DNA of 64,000 nt from Paraphysomonas bandaiensis (Eukaryota > Protista > Chrysophyceae), in the NCBI GenBank assembly GCA_965644295.1, contig CBFFRP010000238.1, positions 287,013 to 351,012 of the forward strand. The letters are read 5' to 3'. Positions within the stretch are counted from its first letter, which is position 1; the number at the start of each line of letters is the position of its first letter. A program made the position numbers and the translations under genes. This document shows positions 1-13,529 of this stretch, piece after piece. Below the pieces are notes generated by a model that was not told the DNA's origin, searched no databases, and worked only from the letters and a program-made list of their open reading frames with translations.

Positions 1-1
1 T

Positions 2-169
2 ACAGCCAGATTGATTCATGTATCGACTAAGGATATGGCGGCCGACATATTTACAAAAGCGTTATCAACAAAGCTCTTTAAACTCCATGAAGAAACTATC
101 ACAGGGGAAAAGAGGAGCATTTCAAATGAAGTTGAGAAGAATCAGAAGAAGCGGTTCAAGAAAGGTTAA
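2..169 (+). mobile_element. 3' end of Ty1/Copia pol (RNase H C-terminus), truncated by window start
   Basis: Frame from position 2 reads TARLIHVSTKDMAADIFTKALSTKLF...KKG* (TAA 167-169); ADIFTKAL is the Copia RNase H end motif. A polypurine tract GAGGAGGAG (327-335) follows. Confidence 0.9.
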
Positions 170-335
170 GGGTGTGTTTTTAGTGGGTAAGAATCCCACA
201 TAACTGTGTTACAGCGAAGTGTGATGTTCACAGTATCTTTATGAAGATTTTCACATCCGTTTTATCCTAAGATGACTAGATGATATATATAGCTGCAGTA
301 TAATGACGATTACTCGTTTCTACATTGAGGAGGAG

Positions 336-618
336 TGTTGGAATACGTATGGTTCTCTAAGATAGTACTGTAGAATACGTTAAATACAATGTGAAAAACA
401 GTAATACGTAGTCAATAGTCAAAGGTGCTATATAGCTATAACTGTGAAACTGAAGTATTATATCATGACGATTTAAGATACGGAAGTTGAGCAGTGGTTG
501 ACATGAACGAAATAATTTATCATGTTGTTGACATGTGTTACATGACAACACACACAATTGTGTATACAATCATAATAAAGTAATCTATCTAGTTTGACTA
601 ACTTAAACTTCTCTTACA
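336..618 (+). repeat. 3' LTR of the Copia element
   Basis: Starts TGTTGGAATACG directly after the PPT. A related copy lies at 49464-50010 (-). The right boundary (..CTTACA) is approximate. Confidence 0.7.
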
Positions 619-788
619 ACGATCTTAATCATCTGAAAATGGTCTTTTGTCAATAGTAGTTGAAAACTGTAGAACATGAATTAATGAAAAGATATGAATT
701 ATGTTTGAGAAACTAGAACTCGTTGACTGTATAATCGTGTCTATCTGATAATATTAATTGGTAGTAGAGAGAGTATAAATGTTGCGAC

Positions 789-2544
789 CAGGGCCAGATA
801 AAAATATATTGGGTCGCAATTTAAATATGGGAAATATTTATTTTTGTGCATACTACAATATGTTTATTATTATTATTTTAGCAAAATTTGGCCTCGCAAT
901 ATCTTGCAGTATATGGATAATATATATGTATCGTTCACGCTTGAAAATATATTTGATTAATCATAAATTACTCTTCATATTATATTATAATATCCAACAA
1001 TACTAATAATTACATAATTACGGGAAACGAAGAACGCTCTTCATGTTCAATATAATATATTAGAATTCTTACTGTCTTTGTCAAGCTATTCACAAAATAG
1101 TAATCTCCAACTGATAACAGTTCAAAGTATGCTGTCCTCCTCGTACAACTAAATACAACCCGAATATATTTTCTTATGATTTGTAAGAGTATGCCAGTGT
1201 AAACAGTCAATAAGCAGGATGCCAGTAAAATGATCGTAATTCCCGCCTATTTTTGGTCACAACACCAAAATTATTATTCAATTTCCAACTATTCTACCAT
1301 AATCTATTTCATGTTTATTTCACACAAGGTGTTGGATTTACTTCCTCGAAGCAAGGCAACAAGAAGTTTTCTCTTTCTCGAGATTTGAAATGAGAATGTA
1401 AGCTTACTCACTGGATAGGGCCGTCGAGGTAGCAAATATCAGAAGCGCTGCTGGAAAATGAACCATCCGATCATGACGAGGATGAGGACAACAGTAACAA
1501 CGAGTTAGAATACTTAGAGTACTAGTTGCTGCATTGTTATTGTGTTTTTATCATCATGTATGTTGTAACCTCTACTAAAACTAATTACTACCGATCGAAC
1601 TAACGTTTTCTTCTTAGCACCCAACGTATATATATATCAATATATATATTTATTAATATATGAGAGCTCAATAGAGAGCTGTATTTCAATTACAGTTGTA
1701 TAATATTATACAGTTGTACTCTTATAAATAGTATTATGAGAATGAATGACAATTTCTATATTAGTATATAGTAGTGAAACGACATATATAGTGACAATGC
1801 CAGTTAGTGACGAAGTAAGGTTGTACGAGAAATGAGTGGTAGTGGAGTCAACATGAAATTGGTAAACGATAGGAGATATTGACTATAATAATATATAATT
1901 CTCAGCATTGAGTATAAGTTTATCTTTCATTTGATAAGTTTATAATCTCTTTCATAAAATATGTCTTGTTATTAGAAATAGGCGTTAAGAATCAGCAACA
2001 GCTTATTATAGTGGATACTATTTAACGTTATAGAAGCTGCTTGTGCGTCACCGCAAGCATCAAGGTGCAACCTCCGTTCTATCACTCAAATCAAACGTAG
2101 TGAGAAAGCAGAATGTTGATATACCTGACATCTGCGAATTTCAGGTTTTTGATTCCTTAAGGTGAACATCCCGGATGCTTGACTTCAGCAGGCAGCCAAT
2201 ACCCTTGATGCCCTTCAGGCGGGCGCACTCCCGAATGCCTGTATATTTGTCAGGACCCAAAGACGTCTACACAAGTGACACTTTTTGGTGTCGCTTGTAC
2301 CACACAAGCATTGGACTATGAGTGGGCAGAACAATAACTCCTGTCTATATGTTTGTGGCTCACGTTGGTTTCCCAGAGAAATATATCCGGTACTTATCCC
2401 CCAGCACGAAAAGGTGCGAGCCCAACTTTGTAGAGGGTACATTTTTTAATATAATGTCAAACTTTGATATTACTGGTCTTTAAAATAATATTATTGTTTT
2501 TCGCTTTTGTTGGCAATATATTTTTATATTGTTACCCGGCCCTG
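789..2544. mobile_element. Non-autonomous hAT DNA transposon with a nested family A repeat
   Basis: TIRs CAGGGCCAGATAAAAATATA / TATATTGTTACCCGGCCCTG; exact 8-bp TSD GTTGCGAC (781-788 and 2545-2552). Confidence 0.9.
1961..2437 (-). repeat. Family A dispersed repeat, near full length, inside hAT
   Basis: Shares blocks such as GCTGCTTGTGCGTCACCGCAAGC, GACTATGAGTGGGCAGAA and CACGAAAAGGTGCGAG with copies at 12.9, 20.4, 37, 38 and 49.5 kb. Confidence 0.9.
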
Positions 2545-2761
2545 GTTGCGACTATCAATGAGATACTAATTATAGTTTTACTAGTTGATTGTTGTGCGAG
2601 TTTCAGTGCTTAAGTAATTTCACCATCCAAATATGACAAAAGGTTGATATGAATTGATTCCTGTATTAATACATCTTCGGATTGCAACTACGACCCACCT
2701 TGAAAACAATTTTTCAGAACAACGATAACAATTATATTAACACATTACAAACAATTCAATT

Positions 2762-4891
2762 TCATAAATCATGATGCATCGGGCTAATGTCAACTTCACC
2801 CGACTGCAGTTTTGTTTTCCTATCCAGAACTTTGAGATAAGTGAGAAAGAGCAGTAAGCATAGTATGTTAGTGCCGACAAACGTTACCACAACAGACAAT
2901 ATGACCACATAGTTTCCACCAATTGCACTATCATCATTATCATTACTTTGGCTATCGCACGATGTCGCAGTTTTGGACCTATATGTCGCAGAGCCGCAAA
3001 CAGCCATGTCAGGTGGGTATTCTGAAACCATTTCACTTGCAATATCAAATACCACGGCCATACCCATCGCGGAATGCCAGCCGACATGACAATGAAAAAG
3101 CCACATCCCTTACACATATAAGTCACTGCAAAGTGATCCTTAAAACCAAACACATACCTGGATTATTCGCTTGAAACCTGAGAGTTATCCATCCACATGG
3201 CTCCATCCACTCTCCCGGGCTATGTGTAGTACCTCTTCTAGCAGAGAAATTACTAGGGAATCCAGTAACAGTATCCAAATATGGAGGATTAGCAGTGTTG
3301 TACATCGTAGGAGCTTCCGATGCATTAAACATTCCTGAACCTTCGCCAACAAGCCAGAAATGATGACCATGTAAATGCCATGGGTGCTGTTCACATACAC
3401 CGTTTCCAGCAACACTATTCTGAATAGTAATATCAACAATATCATTCAGTCCCAACACTATTGGAGTGGACCCATCACTCTTGTACTCTAGTCCATCACG
3501 TGTGTCGAGATATTTTTGAAGGAGATACGGTGTGGATGGATACATGAGACGGGAGTTTTCATTTAAGGTCCATGCCAGTGATTCTCCCTGGCCTTCAGGA
3601 ACTTTCCTTGGTGGATCGAATCCCGTACCAGTAGACTTATTCACCCATTGCTGCTGGAGAGTGAATACAAAGGCCTTGTCAACATCTTTGTTCTTAGGAC
3701 ACGCAACGTAGTCGGGATTGGACGAATCAGCCACGAGCAGTGAGTTCCACTCAAACCACTCCCGAGACTCATTCGGGGGCTCTAGTGGTAATACGGAATC
3801 AATTATGCTGCTTGTGTAGACACCAGAAGTGATTCTGGAGGCCGTAGCATAAGTTAAGTAAGCATATCCAACACCAGAAAATGTGTCATCTGTCCCCCTC
3901 CACTCAGTCTGGCTTCGAATAAGAAAAGATTTGGTATCGTTATCGTCTGATACAGTATATGCATTAGTGGACACCAATACCTCTAGTCTCTGACCAGGCG
4001 CCAAGTCAATGGACTCTACGGTTTGCTGCTCTGTAGCTGATCCGCCAGCCCCTACAATAGTCATATTGTGTCCAGCAATGGCCAGATTAAAATATGCCAG
4101 AGTTCCAGCGTTGAGAAGTCGAAGCAAATACTGCTTTCCCGATTCAACCAAAAGATTTTCACGCCGCCCTTGACAAATATGTGACGTACTGAAAGAGCTT
4201 CCATCCGAGTAACTTGTCGTTTTGTTGTAGTTAGTTGGTTCAGTCCAGCTGTTGCATTCATGTGATAGCCCCTTGCCGTTGAAGAGGACTGAGTCTCCAT
4301 TTCCTGGCCATTTGAATGGACTACCCACCAATCCTGTAGCAATGTCTCCTACGGATGTGTGATACCAATCAGAGAGTATCAACTCCAGCTCTCCGTCATA
4401 ATAATATGATGATGGATTGAGGCCCCGGACAACAAGCATGCCATATGTGCCCTCCACACGGGTGTCGCCCGCATGTGCATGGTACCAGTATGTACCCTCC
4501 ACATCAACCGTGAAGTCGTACACATACGATGAACCATGAACGAAGGGACAATTTGTGACATAGGCGGTACCATCGTACCAGGGCGTATTCAACTGATGTA
4601 TTCCATGCCAGTGGAGGGACAGCGCCTCTGCTTGATATTCCTGATTCGTTACATTTATCACCAGTCTGTCACCCTTCATATAATATTACCAATAGAACAC
4701 AAACGCAAATCAATACTTACAACCACCGCCTCAAGAGACGGGCCTGGGAATTGACCGTTGACAACAAGAGAGCTCCTCTCGTACCCATCGGGTCTAGTGC
4801 TTTCTCGAGACACAACGAGATCGTAATGACGGGTGATTCCTGCAGATAATTCGAAACATATAAAAGTCACTAACAGTGCATAGAGACACAT
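2762..4891 (-). CDS. Multicopper oxidase (ascorbate oxidase/laccase-like) with signal peptide and C-terminal TM helix; exons 4891-4721, 4673-3158, 3108-2762
   Basis: All four Cu motifs: HWHG, WYHAH, HPWHLHGH, HCHVGWHSAMGM. GT-AG introns of 47 and 49 bp join the frames. Confidence 0.95.
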
Positions 4892-5155
4892 CACTGACGA
4901 AATTCCGATCAAGTTAGTTATGTGAACTCACGTCGCTCTGTGTAGCAGATATCTTCCGCCAACAGCCACAACATGCTCTCTGTACACCCCACACAGCCAA
5001 ATACACAATAATACGTATCTGTTGTACAATTTTTGAGGACAACTGACTGGCTGAATTATTTTTTTCCACGCTACATACATCATCGAGCGATATACTAGTA
5101 GAGCTTAAGGGGCTGCAAGATACAATTGATTCTAGTGAGTCACATGTAGCATAAC

Positions 5156-7433
5156 ATGGGAGAGGTGCCTGTGTTTTTTGCGACGATGTATGTATGTGTT
5201 ATCTTCACCCTCACCTCTTTATCATTATCAGCATCTGATGATATTGAGGGGTCCTTATTTTCTAAGTTGGATATTGGGCATCGTCCAGGTACCACTGCAC
5301 TTCCTAGGATAGTGGACGCACACGAAGTGGCCTTCCGACACACCGATATCCTTGAAGAGTATCGGAATGCGCGTGATGAGTGCTTGGATCGACTGAATAC
5401 TTTGAGTGCTACTGGTAAATTCTCACCTAGTAACGCAACTGACGATATAGATGCTGCGAGATTAAAATTTTACTTTGACTTCGGAATTTTACTATGGGGG
5501 TTTGCTCCTTCAATGAACTGCTCTATTCATTCAAAATGCTGGTTTGGCGTCATATCTTGTGGGAATTTCAAGGGAGACACGTTGCACGAGCAATACGTAA
5601 AAGCCAATATTCAGTATTCGACGCAGTCAGAAAGAGTAAATACCATAAAAAGTAGCACTTTTGACCCCAACCAGTTTGTCAAAGTATTACCTTTGCAATT
5701 AAACTTTACTCTTCGCGCTCTACACATCATCGTGCGCATAGTAGGACGCGAAATACTAGCACCAGAAACTCTACTATTTGTTGTTCCTAATAGTGTGCAC
5801 GGTGGCGTTGGTGAGGAGATTATTATTGCAGAGTATTCGCTAACGATTCCAGGAGATTATGTTATTGAGTACATGCTGAGTTCGTTTTTTCCAGGTATCA
5901 TGTATAATTATACTATTCATGAAATTCAACAAGGGCTCGACACTTTGCATGCGGAGACGTATTTTGACAGGAAGTCCATCCGTTCCTTTCCAATTAAGGT
6001 CACACTATCTGGTGGCAGCCGCAGCCATGAGGCACACATGACTTCACAATTACCCTACTGTCCAAATGGCAACCATCCTGGAAGGTGGATTGTTTTCCCT
6101 GAAGAGGTAGCACGCCAATGTGGCGCAGGCAGCTATATTAGCAGTATAAGTCGCCTTCCATATCTTGCGACGAATTATGATAAAATAGAGCGCATCACTA
6201 GACAATACACGATGCATGCATTAACGTTGAAGTACGAAACTGTCATGGGGAGTGTGCTGAAGGGCCTTAAGAATTCATCACTGCCTGATGACGTCAGAAT
6301 ATACTATAAAGAACTCGTCAGGTTTGCCTACCATTAGATGGAAATATTGTAAATAGTATATATGTATTTACTTTTTGTAAAGCTTAGTTTTACATGATTT
6401 TCATAGATATGCACACGGCAATGTGTGCTTGCTAATGTATCTGGGAATCAATCATCCCTACTACGATAATCGTCTTGAGCTGTTTGCGCCGTATGAGTGT
6501 AGGTACCGAATAATGACCCCTGGTGAGGTAATAAAATTGTGTGACATGATTACATAGGTGTATATGATGGTAAAAACTGAACTATTTCTCATTTGTGGTG
6601 TTCTAGGGACGGAAATGTCTGCGTGACAAAGAAAGAACCGACATACTATTCCACGGGGATTCGATCTCCAGAGATTTGTTCCAAAAAGTTAGTGAGCAAT
6701 TAGATTTGGCTCACGTGTCTCCAGAAGAACTAAAACGCATAGATCATGAGCACTTATTTAGCACTGTGCACAATAAAGTAGGTGCCTTGTAATCATTTTT
6801 TGTGAATTTTATACGATATGACTACATTGTTTCTGTTCGTACTAGATGCCTTAGTTCATGCACGAACTGTACAGTTATAATCCACACATCATTTTACTGC
6901 AGGAACGTCTGGTATTTTCTAAAGAAGGAGTGTCATGCGCATTAGACTCTTCCTGGAATCCATTGGACAGTAAATGGGTCAGTTTTGGCCGTCCTGTGTT
7001 ACAGCTTCATAACTCTTTGTGTTCGACACAGAATTTAGGGGGGCGTCTTCCCAAAGTTTATTTTGATGATTTTTCCATTGCACATATTAAGGACTATGAC
7101 ATGGAAGTACTTCATGACAAACTGATGACGTCGGAGTGGTTCAGAGTTTGGTATGATGGACACAATAAGTCAACTACCGCAAGTGTTAAGGTACGTATTT
7201 TTATGGGCGCAAAGGTGGTGTGGAATGTATATCCAGTGCATAAGCGCAATCCAGAGGTGTTTCGACGTATGAATGCATTGCTTCGAGAGTTCTACGTCAA
7301 TCAGTTTAACTTTTTAGAACAAGATGAATATCTGTATACTGCAGCGAAATATGATTTCCATGATGGCTGGCATTATCAAGGCGTGTCTCGTATTATGAGT
7401 TCAGTGATAGCCATAAATCTAATGTGCAGCTAG
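5156..7433 (+). CDS. Secreted or type II NXPE/PC-esterase (SGNH-fold, O-acyltransferase-like) protein; exons about 5156-6321, 6407-6527, 6607-6777, 6855-7433
   Basis: Hydrophobic N-terminus; C..GRW; PYECRY; ILFHGDSISRDLF (GDS) in exon 3; C-terminal DGWHY (DxxH). Splice phases are consistent. Confidence 0.7.
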
Positions 7434-7916
7434 TGTAGTATTAGCTTTCATCGTATATACTTTGCTATGCACTTTGTCGGGTTGTTGACAATTACCTCGG
7501 ATGTGATAATGAAAATAAACGGTGGTTAAAAGGAATTAGGTGATATCTTACCCAAACACCTCAAGCAATATGATATATGGTAGTATGGTAGTTAATAGTT
7601 AAAAGTACTAAGTGCTGTCGAATTAGATACGTCAACGACACTAAAACACTCTGCAAGGCAGAGTATGAATTGTAACGTTGTTTGCAATACGAATGCACGA
7701 ATTTCATAGACTAGAAACAATATTATGATAAAACCAAATCAACGTTTCCAAAGCACATCAACTTTTCATATCCTGTGAAATTTCGTCGGTGGTTGTATAT
7801 TGCTATGCCATTTAAATTCCAGTGAATAGAGATCAAATTCAGACAAAAGTGCTGTTTAGCTGGTGTATGAAGAGATGAAGAGTTGGGATTATAACAAACT
7901 TCGACGACGAAGAGTG

Positions 7917-10531
7917 TCACGTTAAATGCACGCACCCAGATATCCGACCGAGTAACTTTATCCATGTACCCTCCGTGGCGCTGAAGCTGCTATCGGAAGA
8001 GTTTAAACTACTATATAGTGGTTTTGAAGTGGACGTTCTGACAGACAAATACAACTCTTTCGAAGATACAGAAGTTGAAGAATCTTTACCGGAACGAGGT
8101 GCACTCGATGCATCTTCTGTACCCCCGCCAGCAGCATGTTGATCATTCGCCGCAGCTTTGTTAACGAAATCAGTAAGCCTTGCAGCTAAAACATTTTCAG
8201 ATAACACACATCTGCGCTTTGAGGAAGTATCGGAGGGAGCTTTGGCTTCTCTTTTTTTACCTGTCGTTGGTTCGAGTGCTGCATCCACTTCGAGAGCAGT
8301 AAACTGAGATGACCATTTGCTACCAGAGGGATCGTCCTCACGGTCCCGTATTTTCTGAGCAACTCCCACTACAGCACGAGATATATCAGGAATATATCTG
8401 TAAAGCCACAAAATTAGTAGTCGGAATACAAGTTAAGCCAACAGATATATACACAGCGATATCCCTACTTCAGTAAAGCTTTCCTTCTCTCGTGTACATC
8501 TCTACGTGCCAGCGATTCGGCCAAATGCATTCTCATCTGCTGGCAGCAACCCATTAGCGCGCGCCGCACAGAGCTCTGAATTTCCGTCACGTCATCTCCA
8601 ATATATTCCTTTGAGGTTCCCTTGAAAGGGATGCGGGTAGACACTATACTGACATACACTCCAATGCTATCACGTTTTGGGTCCATAAGATAGGAGCCCC
8701 AGTTAATACGCCTCGTCGCGACCTATAGTACGGTTTAGGACAGCATATACTTAACAAATTAATCCATAATCAACATGTGACTGGTACCTACCTGCGTAAC
8801 AACATCGGCACCAGGTTCGAAGAGCAGAGGTATTCTGTTTGCGAACCGGAATATATTGATCCCTTCTTTCACATTTACTCCTCCAAGAGAGACGGCAGCC
8901 TCCACAAGAAAGGGATGACCCTCATTTACACCTGGCTTGTCTGTAAATGTCGCAACAAGTTTTGGCTTCAGCTCTTTCAAGACTCCGAGTCGCATGTTGT
9001 ATTCCCCTGCAGCCACACGAGAGCAAATTAGATGTATTTGTGAGTGTACGGTGTTGAAAATGTCACCTGCAGGACTGAGGCAGTTCGCGGACGGAGGGCG
9101 AATGGTTACATCATCACGCAAAACTTGACAGAGTGCGGCCACTTGGGACGGAGATAAGTCAGAGGGTAGGCAATTCTCAAGACCTAGTGAAGTCACTATA
9201 GCGCTTGCCGTCTTAGCCTGTACACCGGAAACTACACTATCCAATTACACAAAAAGCAAAACAGCAATTGTATATCCACAGCCTACCAGCACTTGTCAAA
9301 AACTTCTGCATATCTCCGAAGTAGCTGGTCCGAAGCAAGTGAGACATAGTTATGTTGTTGAGACTCTTAGCATGTGGGAGAACAGTTTCCGCCATTGGGG
9401 GCATCTGATTCGACCTGCCAGTAAGTAGATAAAGAGAAATACACACCACCTGCAAAAATTCAAATGCATACCGCCGAACAAACTCTGCAGTAAAATTCTT
9501 TTTCTGGTCTCGGGTGGATACAAACTCTAATGAAAGGTGAGCGTATGGTGTGATGACAGCTAGCTGTTGGAAATACTGTAACACACGAGATCGACAGGCT
9601 GACCAGGCGCCAGCAATTGTCACATTCATATCCAGCCCTCTGCACCATTTCTCATCGTCTTCCATTCCTTCAATAGACAGAGACGAAGTTGAGGTGGACA
9701 AAACTCTGGGCTCATTACGTTGGATGTCCATATCTAACACAACTGTGGTTACACAAGTTGCTGGTTTGTCTACACTGGGACTATAGGCAGACTTGACAGT
9801 GATAGGGAGTCCAGAGGACTTTTTGGACCATATAAGCGCCTGCGCACTTTATCATACTCTGTTTATAAGTACAGCAGAAGTATTTTACCATTTTAGCTCC
9901 AAGTCCGAACTTTCCCCTGGTCTGGCGAACACCATGTTTACTACCTGAAAGAACGCGTCCGAGCAGTTCGCTGATTAGATCGGGGGCGATACCGCAGCCA
10001 TTGTCCTGACACTGAATTGTATAATACATCAGCTCCTTCCCTGATTGAGCTAATGATGACGTACGACCAATATTCTGCTTTGGTGTGACACCCTCAATCT
10101 GTTGTGCTTCTTCATGCAATCCTTCAGAATTCCCAGTTGAGGCATTAACAACAGCAGATTTTGATGTGTCTCCAATTATAATTCCATGTCTAATAGATAC
10201 AATAAAAGTACACACTAATAACTATATATATGCGATCACCAACCTCTTGTTGTGCTCCTCCTCTGTATATTCCGTTACTGTTACACGAATAACAGGCAGC
10301 GCGTGTATCGACTCAGCTGCGTCGAGAGAATTCTCCACAAGCTCTCTTATGGTGGTGAATAGAGACTTTCCTGGCTGATATATAACAACACACAGTGATA
10401 CGAGGCGCACGAGAGGCAGTCATAGTTACATTATCGAACCCTGCTATCTGCTGGTGCTCACTGAAGAACTCTGCTGCAGACTGCTGAGTGGACTTCTCCC
10501 TCGTATCTATGTCCCTTCCCTTCCTCTTCAT
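7917..10531 (-). CDS. TOP6B: DNA topoisomerase VI subunit B, multi-exon
   Basis: SAAEFF..IAGFDN/PGKSLFTTIRELVENSLDA, DNGCGI, GKFGLGAK (GHKL ATPase); RFANRIPLLFEPGADV and IPFKGTSKEYI (transducer). Start and end are approximate. Confidence 0.95.
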
Positions 10532-10924
10532 GTCTTCCTTCACTCCGGACCTCACGATATCACTGTTCAGTGTATGATATCATCACTAGCTGTGCTCCTG
10601 ATGACACACCTATTCCTCTGTGTCCACTGTTCAGACTGCCTGCAACAGGTAAGCTAACTATTGCTGCCATCATAAAATACTGTACTGTATTTGTGTATAC
10701 AATTCCTACGCACGGAGACCGGAATAAATTTCCTGTATGGAGCGTATTCTACTTGTAGTGTGGAATATACCACGCACTGCTGCACACTGCTGCACATAGA
10801 GTCAGTCTTATGAGGGGTGGAGTTGAGGAGTGATGTGACTCTCTGTGCCTTCTTCACGAATACTGTAGCGCACAGGACAGCACTGTTACAAAGAGATCGG
10901 GCATTTATTACTGCAAAAAATCAT

Positions 10925-12065
10925 ATGTCTGGAACATTGAGTGATATTGAAGGTCATTTGGAGGTACCATTTGACGAGAGCGATCCATCATACGCCAAGT
11001 CTTTTGACTTATCTGATGCCGACTCGGCTAAACTGTTTTTTCAAAAGTTTGGCTTTGTGGTGAGAAGTTTTCTATCTGGTAGACTGATTCTGAACTAGTG
11101 CAATATAGGTGTTTCGAAATATATTTACGAGGGATGAGTGTGAGTCCACACGAACTGCTATGTGGAGTATTGTTGAAGACAGCAACCCCGGCTTCAGTAG
11201 TAAGGATCCCTCGACTTGGGGAAGCTATAAAAGCGCCGGGAAATATGGGCTGTCAATGCGTGGACCTTGTTTTCATCCTACTATTGTTAATAACCGCCAG
11301 AACCCTAATCTCATTGCCGCACTGCGCACTATCGTAGAGTCAGACGACGTCATGGTAAGCCATGATCGCTTCACCATATATAGGGCAACTGGACCACAAA
11401 TTCCAAATGGCGAAAAATTTCGCACAGGTGACCGAAATGTTCATTTAGACTTGAACCCGTGGTGGTGGTGCGAAGGAGCAGATGTAGTACGTGAGGGGAT
11501 CGAAACTTTGAAATACGAAGACGAACAGGATTTCATCCGGGAGAATAACCAGGTCGTGCGAACTATGGGTCGGCATGTGCAATGTGTTCTAAATTTTCTT
11601 GACAACCGTGAAGAGGATGGTGGTACGGTGCTTGTACCGGGGTTCCATCGGTGTGTAGAAGAATGGTGTACCTCCGGTCCTTGGTCTCAGGAGGGGGAGA
11701 TTCCTCGAGGAGAAGACTGGCTTGAACGCCGTCCAATGCCATGGCTCAATATACCTGACTCCAACACACTGCTCGGCAGAGCACAGCGAGTGCCCATGCG
11801 GGAAGGATCTGTGCTCCTATGGGATCAAACTGTTGTACACGGATCAGCGCCCAATATGGGAACCGAACAATGTAGAATGGCGCAGTTCTTGAAGGCATTT
11901 CCGCGGTCCCTTTCAATTAGAGAGCCTCGGCTCAGGAGAAGAGCAAAGGCCTTAAAGAAAGCGTTTATCTCAAGAGGAATTGATTTAGAAATAGTGTCAG
12001 ACATAGGATTGATGGTGTTTGGTCTAGACTGTTTAGGAAACAATGACGACGACTGTAATCATTGA
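10925..12065 (+). CDS. Phytanoyl-CoA dioxygenase (PhyH)-like 2OG-Fe(II) oxygenase; intron 11060-11108
   Basis: FF.KFGFVV/FRNI start, HLD (HxD), GGT.LVPG.H, G..LLWD...HGS.PN...R motifs. Confidence 0.85.
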
Positions 12066-12369
12066 CGGCCATTACGTCACAATCATTTTATATGAGACTG
12101 TAGATGGAGAATGTGCTTTTGTTTCGTACATATATTGATTCCATCGTGTACATACTAACACTTTAATTGTAATAGATTTCGCCCCCTTTTTGCTCTCTAA
12201 AATGTGAGACGACATAAAATAGCTAATACTTCATCTTGTATTAGCAACATATGCTATACGTTAAAACTGCGATAGAGTATATATGTACTTTCAATGTGTC
12301 AACCTAATTTATTCTAATGAGTCGGATTCGGACGTATCCTTCTAATTTCTGCAACTTATTTATTTCAGT

Positions 12370-12542
12370 GTTCTGGGGGATAAGTGATAAGAACCTGAAA
12401 GGATTCGTCGGGAAACTCACATGAGCCGCAAACATAGACAGTCGTGAATGTCTCATAATTAGCAATAGATGTATAAGAGTCAGTTCTTAACTCTGATGTC
12501 CTCCTATTTAACGTTACAAAAACTGCTTGTATGTCACCGCAA
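12370..12542. repeat. Decayed family A fragments in both orientations
   Basis: GGGAAACTCACATGAGCCGCAAACATAGACAG matches the + consensus; CTATTTAACGTTACAAAAACTGCTTGTATGTCACCGCAA matches the - consensus. Confidence 0.55.
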
Positions 12543-12551
12543 TTGTGGTGA

Positions 12552-12883
12552 CAGCTGTGGCCGGGTGCAAGCATATTTCAATTAATTCTGGATGAATATT
12601 ATGGTGATGTTGACGTCACCGATGATGGCTCAGAGGATGAGGACCAGGTGAATTCTTATTAGCTATAAGCAGTAGTGGGTTTGGTTGTCATGTAATCTTA
12701 ATGACTCTAATACTAAAAATGGAATCTACGGATGTGTTTACTTACTGATTAGTCATACTAATATATTATTGCAATACATTGACAATATATTGCAATATAT
12801 TGTAATTGTATTGTTGAGCCTGTTTAAAATCTCCATCAATACTATTGATGGAACGCTATCTAACCATAGTATTGCAATATATT
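12552..12883 (+). mobile_element. Truncated 3' part of the hAT family seen at 14208-15013
   Basis: Near-identical to about 14670-14999. The outer part of the TIR is missing and the fragment abuts a family A copy. Confidence 0.9.
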
Positions 12884-13294
12884 TATATCTCCGGAAAACT
12901 AACGTGAGCCGCATATATAGTCAGCAGATATTCTTCTGCCCACTCATAGCCGAATGCTTGTGTGTGGTACAAGGGACACAAATTAGTGTCGCTTGTGTAG
13001 ACGTCTTCTTTGGGCCTTGACGAATATACAGGCATCCGGGAATGAGCCCACCTCAAGGGAATCCGGAGTATTGGGCTACGTGCTGAAATCAAGCATCGGG
13101 CTGTTCACCTTAAGCATGTCCGCTGAGTTTGCTTTTAGTGGTGGCACCTTGGCGCTTGCGGTAACGCACAAGCAGCTTTCGTAGCGCTAAATAGAAAAAA
13201 TATATATATATCAAAGTAAGCACTAGTTAAATTGTTTTGCTACATTATTTCTGACTCATACACGCCTATTGCTAATAACCAGACATTCACTACT
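12884..13294 (+). repeat. Family A repeat, 5'-truncated
   Basis: Matches the family consensus and ends CATTCACTACTA. Confidence 0.9.
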
Positions 13295-13529
13295 AGTAGT
13301 GTGTACTTTATACCACACAAACATTAGGCTATTTGAGTGGGCAGAACATTAGGCTATATTAGGTTAGTAGAAGTATTTTTCGCGTTGCCCCTGCTACTAG
13401 CTCCATTTACCTATGTTGAGATTGCACACGCTCCAATCGAATAACCTGATTTTGGATTTATTGCATAATATATATAATATATATAGCTATCATCTCCACC
13501 TCTACTACATGCAATTAACACCTCTACAT

